NCBI RefSeq assembly: GCF_009914755.1
Contig: NC_060925.1
DNA from: the human T2T-CHM13v2.0 reference genome, Homo sapiens
DNA: 64,000 nt
Direction: 5' to 3' (one strand)
Shown: positions 54,138 through 64,000 of the stretch, in pieces
Position numbering within the stretch: the first letter of the stretch is position 1
Layout of the letters: every line of letters begins with the position of its first letter
Position numbers and translations under genes: made by a program
Notes under the pieces: model-generated
What the model was told of the DNA's origin: nothing
Database searches by the model: none
Seen by the model: the letters and a program-made list of their open reading frames with translations, nothing else

Positions 54138-54520
54138 TTACATTCCCATCCAAAAGAGAGAATATTCATTTACATAATGAGAATAATCATTACACATCTC
54201 ACCAACACTGGATATTATCAGTCCTTTAATTTTTGCAAATCTAATGAATAAAAGTATATTGTTCTTTTATAGATTTTCTGTGGCTACTAATGAAATTGAG
54301 CATGCTTTCATATATTTATTGATTATTTCTATTTGTTCTGTGAATTGCCTGTTTATATTGTCTTTTTCTCTATTAGATTGTCTTATTCTTTTTAGTTTGA
54401 AGGTTCTCTCCATTACATTATGATATTAATTCTTTCTCTGTGATATGTGTTGCAAATATTTTTTCCTGGTCTATTGCTGGTCTTTATTTACATTGTCTTA
54501 AATCATACATAAGGTTTTAA

Positions 54521-54860
<340 letters not shown>

Positions 54861-55189
54861 TTATGGCTTCTGAAGTTTGTGTTTTGCTTAGGAAGGGTAT
54901 TCCTACCCCTTAGAAGACGTTATATGTTTTAAATTTTCCTTTCAATAATTTGATAGTATGTAGTGTGAATTAGGTTTATAACTTTAAGAGAATTTCCAGT
55001 AGTCCCAACACAATTAAATAGTCCATCATCCTTTTCCTACTGATTTAAAATGCCAGGCTGTACATGGGTTTGCTTCTGAATTCTGTTCTACTCCTTGGAT
55101 TTTTTTATTTTTGGTCCATTTGTGTGCAAACACCACACTGTTGTGATTATTGTAGCATTATAGAATTTTTAAAAAACCTTATGAGGCCA

Positions 55190-55688
<499 letters not shown>

Positions 55689-56709
55689 TCTACCTTCTTA
55701 TTATCTTTCCTTTTTCTTTGCCTCAGTAGTTTTTGTTCTCATACTTTTCTTGACTGCTTTTATACATCTTCTCCCAGGTGAACTTTAGAATAAATCTGTC
55801 AGTTCCATAAAATATCTTATAAGTATTTTGATCAGAAACTCATTAAATTTATAGTTTAATTTGAGTTTCATCCAGGAATATGATGTGTTCCTTATTTATT
55901 TTTGTCTTCTTTTAATGTCTTTCAATAAAATTTACAATTTCTTCATATAAATCTTGGACATATTGGTGAGTTTAGTTGCATGTATTTTACAGTTTGCTTG
56001 CTATTGTACATCTTCCACCATGTCTTTCTATTTGGTTATAGTTGGTGTATAGGAAAAGGATTAATTTTTGTGGCTGATCTTTTATTAAGGCTTTACTAAA
56101 ATATAGTATTAGTTTTAAATTTTACAGTTCTTAGATTTTCTAAGTTGAAAATTAAATCACTTGTAAATAGTGATGGTTTTATGTATTTCTTTGTGATGGT
56201 CTTTCTTTTTCTTGTCTTATTGCACTAGTTAGGACTTCCAGTGCCATATTTAGTAGTTGCAACTATAGCAATGAAAGCTGCCATATTTATCTTGTTCCTG
56301 ACTTCAATAGGTATGGTGAATATTCTTAACAAATTAAATAAATTTTCTTCTATTACTGGTTTTGCGAGAGTTTTACATTTTTTATTTTGTTTTTTATTTG
56401 TTTTCCTGCTTGCCTCTTAAAATCAGGAATGGATATTAAAATATATATAACTTTTTGAAGGATCTTTTCATGGTGATCATGAGGTTTTACCTCCTGTAAA
56501 CTATTAAGGTAATGGATTATATTAATAGATTTCTAAATACAGAACCATCCCCTGCATTACTAGATAAATTTTATCTAGTCATGAAAATTGTTTTTTTAAG
56601 AACAGTTAAGTCTAAGATATTTGCATTTATGTTCTTAAGTAAGCTAGTAGTCTTCTTTATTTATGCTATCTTTGTCTATTTTTTATATTGGAGCAATATT
56701 AGTTTAGTG

Positions 56710-57069
56710 CAATGGTTCTCAAATGTTTGGTCTTAGGACCCATTTGTCCTCTTAAAAATTATTGAGGATCCACAGAGAACTTTGTTTATGTAAGTTACCT
56801 ATCAATGTTAGAAATTAAAATGGAGAAAATTTTAAAACACAAGAATATACAAGCATGCATTTTGTTATTAATAGTTGCCAGAGCAATGACATCATCACAT
56901 GGCATTCCATTAGCCTCTGGAAAACTCCACTTTACACTTGTATGAGAGAATGAGAGGGAAAGAGTCAAAACATCTTAGTATCATTATCAAAATAGTTTTG
57001 GGTGTGTGGACTCCCAGATAAGTCTCAGGGATCTTCACATATCCCTAACCTACACTTTGAGATCTGCTG
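56710..57069. mobile_element. hAT-Charlie non-autonomous DNA transposon
   Basis: TIR-like ends caatggttctcaaa and tttgagatctgctg. Confidence 0.75.
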
Positions 57070-59399
57070 ATATGGCAGAATGAGTTTACCATTCTTCCTA
57101 TGTACTAAAATAAGTAACTTAGAAATTATTTATGTGTTGAAGGTAGAACTCATCTGTAAATTATTTGAAACTGATGGTTTTTGGAATGGTATATCTTTGC
57201 TTATCATTTCCATTTCCCCTACAGTTAATGTTCTACTCAGGTTTTATATCTCTTCTTGGGTCAATTTGTAAATTTATGTATACTGGAAAATCATGGAATT
57301 TCATGTAGATTTTCATTTCTTTAAGAGTAAAGTCATGCTTACATTACAATTTTTAGATTTTCTATTGAAAATTAAATCCCCCTTTTTTTCCTTCTAATAC
57401 TATTTACCTGTGTATTTTCTCTTTTATTCTCATTTGGATTTGCCTTGGGTTTAACTATTTTATTGCTGTGTGTTAGTGTGTTTTAAAGAACATTTTTTGG
57501 TATGATTACTCAAGTTTATTGTTTTTTTGTTTGTTTTTCAGTCTATCTTTACTAATTCATTTATTTTGGTGGGTTTTTTTTTTTAAGTCAGATTTATTGA
57601 GGTATAATTCATATATAGTAAAAACCCTTTACAGTGTACAGTTCTGTGAGTTTTGACAAATACATATAATCATTTAACCACCACCACAATCAGGGCATAG
57701 AAGAGTCCTACCACCCTCAAAAATCCCTTCATTCCCCTTTGTAGTCAGCCTCTTCTCTCCTGGCATCTTGTTTCCTGTTTTGGTAGTTTCTTCCTTTTTG
57801 TTACTGAGTAGTATTCCATTATGTGGATATACCGCCATTTGTTTATGCGTTCACCAGTCAAAGGACATTTAGATTGTTTCCAGTTTGGGGCAGTTATGAA
57901 TAAAGCTACTATAAACATCTATGAACAAGTTTTTGTGCAAACGTAAGTTTTCTTTATTCTTGAGTAAAGAACAATGAGCAGAATTGCTGGGTTAAATGGT
58001 AAGTTTAAGTTTGACTTTATAAGAAATTGCCAAGCCATTTTCCTGTCATTCTCTGTTCACTAGATTTGCTTACTATTTGTTTTGCTCTTTCCTTTGCTTC
58101 TGTCAAATCTCTGTTTTTGGGATGTGAGTTTAGACTCCTTACTATGATTCCCTTTAGCGAGGGCATAGGACACACCAAAATGCCTCAAGCACAAAATGCC
58201 AAGGAGGACACCTCAGTGACAGGATGGGAAAATGGAGTCATAGGAGGGAGAGGAGAAAAATAAGAAAGAGGAAAACGGAGAGCAAAAGAAGGGGAAGAAA
58301 AGAAATGAAAATAAAATGATGCATAGGAAGGCAGCGGTGAGTGCATGGAGCTAGCAGTGAGACTTTCTAATAGTCTTGTTGCCAGTCTCCTGGGGGCTCA
58401 TGGGGCTCTCAAAGAAAAATTTATGGGATGGAAAAAATGTGGTAGGGATTTAATAAATATTTGATTAACTGATTGATTAATTCATTAAGGAGCTTGGTAT
58501 TTTAAGTAGGTTATAAGAAACAAGTTTGTTAGAACTGCAAAGGCATGAACTGGAGACAGTAAAAACATTGAAAACGACATGGAAAGATGAATAAGTTGAG
58601 AGAGAAGAAGAACCCTGAAAACTGATCTAATGGTCTGGAATAAGAAGAGGGGTCGGCACTGGAGATAATCAACTAGTCATAAAACTACATAAATACAACA
58701 CAGATTGTTTTGGAATAAACACGGGAACTTAGTGAAGATCAAGGGTGACCTTCTGAGTTCTCTAGCTCTAGCACGTGCCATCTGTCCCTGACTGACACCT
58801 GAACCGATCTCAGAACACCCTGGGGCCAGACAGCTAAGTGATGAGGAAGGAGTGGTACTGAGGGAGTGTAAGCTTTGGGGTGGGAGTAAGGGGTAAATTA
58901 AATGCCTCCAAAGATCCCTCTAGCTTTCAGATCTTGTGATGCTTGTGAAAATATTGCTAGAGTGTCATATTCTTAGAATAAGGATTCTCTTAATTTGGAG
59001 AAAGGCCCTAAGACCTTCAAGGGGAAAGAATACACAAAAGCCATTGGGTAATCCAAGCCAAGACAATTACCATTAGTCTCTGGAGGTGTTTAATTTAAGA
59101 GAGAAAGAAGTTCCTTTCCACTGAAGAATTAATGGAATTATTTGGTTACCAAGGGTCCAATGTTCCTATTATGAAGTAAGGTAACTGCATGTTGTAGAAG
59201 AAGGAAAAAATGGTAGCAGGACAGATGTCTTTTCCCTTCAGATTATATGAATTTTGTGCATGGCTTTCACATTACATTAACTATGAGTTTAGTCCTTCCC
59301 TCACAAGAAAGATCATTCACTTTTCAGAGTGCCGGAAAGCCCATGGAGTTGAGATACTATATAAATGTCATGTGAGAAATGACATTAAAAAGTTGCACT

Positions 59400-60400
59400 A
59401 TTTAAGAAACATTTATTAAGGACCTACTAAGCACTGGGAACTGTTTTAGGCACTGGGAATACAGCAGTGAACAAAACAGACCAAGTCCCTGTCCTCAAGG
59501 AGCTTCGTAAGTTTTGGTAGGAGCACATGGGGTCAAGGAAGTCTTAAGAAAGGAGTGACATTTGCTGCACTTCCTATCTGTTGTCTACGTGGCAGCCAGA
59601 AGATTTCTAAAATCACAAACCTGAAAACGTTATTCCCTTGCTTAGGTCTCACCAATGGCTCCCTTTTGCTTTTCTGATGAAGATCGAACTTATATTGCCA
59701 TGGCCTGCACAGTCCTGCAGGGTCTAGCCCTCTCCCTCTCTGGCCTCATACCCCTCTGTCTCTTCCATCTGGGGTAGGACATCCTGCAATCCCATCACAC
59801 TGGACTTCTTTCAGTTTCTCCATCATGTCACCCTTCCTTCTGCCTCAGTGTCTTAGCACCCGCTGTTCCCTGGATCTGGAACACACGTCCCCCCAACCCC
59901 TCCTGCTCCTACCTATCCCCAACTGCCGCCAGTCTTGCCCAGTTACACCCACGTATCCTTCAGCTGTAGCTCCAATGTTAATTCCTTAGAGTTTTCCCAA
60001 CCGTTTCCCCTTCCCTGCAAGCTATATATACTCTCCCAACACCCTCCCAACACTCTACCTTCCTCTCTCCTCTTCCTCCTCTTCTCTGCCCCTTCCCTTG
60101 AACACTAAACAAATGAACACACAAATAAATATAAAATAGTAAATTGAGATAAATGCTTCAAAGGAAAAGAATAGCTTATCATAACATTTCAATAGGGAAA
60201 CATCATTTTATATATATTATAGAAATATATTAGTTCATTCTTCACTCAATAGGTGCCCAGAACTATTTGTTGAATGAATGAAAAAATGAATGAAAAAAAT
60301 TATGAGTAAGATTTCTCCAATTAGAGAGGGAGTGAAGATAATTCCAGGCAAAGAAAATGACACAGAGATACTGAAGCATGAATGAAGTAACTGGCAGATG
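59400..60400. mobile_element. Nested L2 fragments in both orientations
   Basis: aacatttattaaggacctacta...gtccctgtcctcaaggagctt; aatggctccc; tatttgttgaatgaatgaa. Confidence 0.65.
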
Positions 60401-60803
60401 ACTAGAAAGACGGGCAAGAGGGACTGGCTCCTTTACAATAAGATGGTAAAGGTAGGCGGGATACTACTTATAACCTTGGATTTTTTTTTTTTCTGGTTGA
60501 GAGTAGGGGTAGATGGTGGAAATTAAAAGTATTTAAGCAAGGAAGCGTTATATTTAGATCTGCGTTTTAGGAAGATAGCTGATTCTTCATCTAGGGCTGT
60601 TCCATGTCTGAAATTTTAAGTTCTGAAACAGAGAAGTCCTTCTCATTCAGCATTGCTACTAGGTTGCTTAATCAAAGTCAGTTAAAGTGGTACATCATAA
60701 AAAGTACCACATATACTACATATATACTTTCAACATTGCATTCTAACTTAGAAATGCACAACCACTTGCTAGTCTTTGGGTAGAGTGTCAGGGCCTTTTA
60801 TCA

Positions 60804-61187
<384 letters not shown>

Positions 61188-61279
61188 AACAAGAAACTTA
61201 AATATTCTTATGAAATAGCCTCTGCACAGACTCCATTGTTAGGATTTTTCCAGTTTTTTTTTTTTTTTTACTAATATCA

Positions 61280-61490
61280 TAATGGTTAGGACAGTCTCTC
61301 AAGCCAGACCACCTGGGTTCAAATCCTGGATGTACCATTTCCTAACTTGGGTAAGTTGCTTAGCCTTTTTGTGCCTCAGTTTCCTCAGTAACCACTTCAG
61401 AGAGTTATTGTGAGGATGAAATGGCTATTTTATATAAAGCCTTAATATACTGCCTGATACATAGTAAACATTCAATAAATGTTAACTGTT
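61280..61490 (+). mobile_element. MIR
   Basis: ccagaccacctgggttcaaatcctgg...gtgcctcagtttcctca...caataaatgtta. Confidence 0.8.
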
Positions 61491-62844
61491 TTCTAGTTGT
61501 CTTACCCACACCCAATTCAATAGCATTTAAAAAAGAGATTTACCTTTATGAAACTTCCCAAAGTATCTGATTTAGTGTTCTTAGAAACAACAGTTCTCTT
61601 TCTTTTCGCACGATTGGTTTACATAATGTTTAATTAAATTATGTAAATGTAATAACTACTACCACAGGAATAAAGAAATTTTGGAACAATCACAGTGACT
61701 TACACTCAGCTGGTAAAAGTGGAAGTAGTATATGTGTGTGGAAGAGTGGCCTGCCAGCCGTGAGCATTCAGAGCACTGTGTCCATTAACTGGAACATATT
61801 ACAGCTGGAATGGAAAGTTTTAGTTAACCCAGTAAGTCAGTAGGGAAGAGGCTGGTTAAGAGAGCATCCACTCTTGGACGACAGCCTCTACCTTGCAGCT
61901 TCCTCTCTCCCTTGCTCCTGTTATAACTGTGCTTTCATCTCATTGACTGCCTAGATCCAAGCCAGACCTTTAATGTCCCAAAGCACCAAAAAAGAGAATG
62001 TTCCCTTATGTAATTTAAAATGAAAACAATTCTAACTTGTAAAATAAGTGTAAGGAAGTTCAATAAATTTCTGACTTTTACCATGGTGATTCTTTTGGTG
62101 GGTTTTTTTTTAATTTCAAGGTTTTTCTAAAAATATGTTGTGGGGGTTCACTTTGCTTTTTGGATGCCCTAAGAATGTGTTTATCTATTGAGTAATCCAG
62201 CACTGCCTTTGACGCTTCCATTTCTTCCCAACCTCTCAGCCTTCTCCCAGAATTACTTCCTTTCCTACTGAGCCTACATCTCATGATCCACCACTTTTAA
62301 ATGCTGTCTTGCAATGTCTTCTACCCAATTTCCTTACACACTTGTCCTCACACAGAACCCCCCCTAATAAACCCCCCAAAACTGGTATACTGCATTTGAG
62401 ATAACTTTGTAGCTTCCAGGTAAAAATGTCCAAAAAGTAGTCAGACACAAAATCTGAAACCCAGGAGACGAAGTAAGGGTAGATAAAGGAATTTGGGGAT
62501 CTTCGAACAAAAAAGTGAGATTTGATCCTGTGCAGGTGGACCACATGGCCAAAGAAAGGCATGTAGAGTGGGAAGAGCAAGAGCTGGACTGAGAACTCTG
62601 GGAACACCACTGTGTAAGGGGTAGGTGGAGCGGAACTGCCGATGAAAGAGGGAATATCCACATGCAAGGAAGCCTGAATCCAAGGAAGGAGAGCTTCAGG
62701 AAGGAGTGATTATGGATGTCAAGTGTATTAAAGAGGTGAGGTCAGATTAGACAATACCTAGAACCTAGTAGGTTCTCAATGCATACTTGCTAACTGATGG
62801 ATTCACCAAGACCGAAACAGTCAGGAAGTCACTGATGATCTTGG

Positions 62845-63285
62845 TGCTTAGTTTGAGTTTTCCTAAAAGTGGACCCTGAGACGAGGATTAGTCTATTTGA
62901 AAGATGAAGAACACTGGTGTGTGTGGGAGAGGGGGATGAACAGGGAGGGGACGGCCAGTAAAGGGTGAATTAAGCCAGCAGCCACCCTGGGCAATTATAG
63001 CTTAATCCCAACGGGAAAGTTCAGGGAGTCAGTGCAGAACACCCACCTCATCGTTCCTCGTCTCACGGGGTGAGGGAGCTCTTTCAGGTCATTGGTTGAG
63101 GGCTGTTCTTAGAGGGCATTAATTCACTGACATTTCCAGCCTGCTGCTTGGGCAGCAGAACAGACCCCGGCTGTGAGAGAAATCCCTCAGGTGAATGAAT
63201 GCAGGTACCAGCGCCTGGAAGCCTGGGGTTCACTGAAGTAGTAAGGGCAGGGGATACTGGTAGGGCAGTGACATCCTCTAACACC
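62845..63285 (-). mobile_element. Solo ERVL LTR (LTR33-like)
   Basis: gaccctgagacgaggatt...gccagtaaagggtg...gggtgagggagct...tcattggttgagggctg resembles the recalled reverse LTR33 consensus. Confidence 0.65.
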
Positions 63286-64000
63286 TGGTACCTGCAGTTT
63301 CACTGGCAGAAGCTAGACTGCTGTGGAGCAGTAGGAAATTGGAAGTGAGAAGTGGAGGAAATGGGTGTAGGTAACTATTTCAAGATGTTTGGCTGAAAAA
63401 ATAAGATAAAAAATATGTCAGTAGGCTGATTCTGCGAAGGGTAGGAAAAAACAGGGTAAAATGGGAGATCGGAGAGTTCTTCGATCATTGAGGGTTCATT
63501 GAGGGTTCTCACAAAACTTCCCTGTTTTTAGTTAGGGGAGAGGAGGTCAGCTGCACTAACCACTTCTTACTTCAGGATCCTCTTTTAGCTTCCCCAGACA
63601 AGCGCCCAGTGTTTCCTCTGCTAGACTTTGGGTCCTGGGTTCCCCAGCTAAAGAGGCCGTGCTGGTACAGCCTCACATGCTAGCAATTCTAAGCCTGAAG
63701 TGCCAGAGGAATAGATTGAATATAGCTGCAGAGCAGACTGGGACACGTGTGGAACACGGTGGCCAGATTCTGAACCCTAGGAGAACCACAAGGTCAGAGG
63801 AGACCTTCTGAGGGGTCTGCCGCTGCTGAGGGACTCCTTGCATTCCTGGCCTTCCCCCTTCCCTGTCAGCACATCTCAATAATTAGTTTGGTTTGGGTGT
63901 AACAGACCTGCCCCATAGAAGGAACCTTCCTGGGACATTCATCTAAATAACTCTTTGATTGATGTCTCTCTCTTAGCTAAAGCTTAAGCTCCCGGGGGCA

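Overview
Human (or very close primate) genomic DNA covering the 5' end of RNF220 on the + strand. It holds the upstream intergenic region, a ~3.5 kb CpG-island promoter and non-coding exon 1 (ends about 8452/8456), which carries a compound (CTG)8/(CCG)6 repeat. The 742-nt exon 2 (14907-15648) contains the start codon and codons 1-208. The remaining >48 kb is intron 2; exon 3 is not in the window. A second CpG island lies at ~20.4-21.5 kb, and the rest is rich in Alu, MIR, L2, old L1, hAT and LTR relics, with an Alu-free zone from 7.25 to 29.4 kb. Best leads, all inference needing experiments: (1) a 99-aa uORF that reads through the repeat (signal-peptide-like polyLeu-polyPro) and is toggled by overlapping GC/GT donors; (2) a phase-compatible alternative first exon (MPNHHG) in the intronic CpG island that would give an N-truncated RNF220; (3) an AUG-containing exon-2 circle predicted to encode 213 aa, bracketed by complementary (TG)n/(CA)n tracts instead of Alus; (4) a ~47-nt hairpin LTR fragment with an A-rich tail that looks like a retroposed micro-element; (5) a 133-bp tandem duplication carrying a perfect RUNX/homeobox palindrome. 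Repeat subfamily calls are from recalled consensus sequences and repeat boundaries are approximate.
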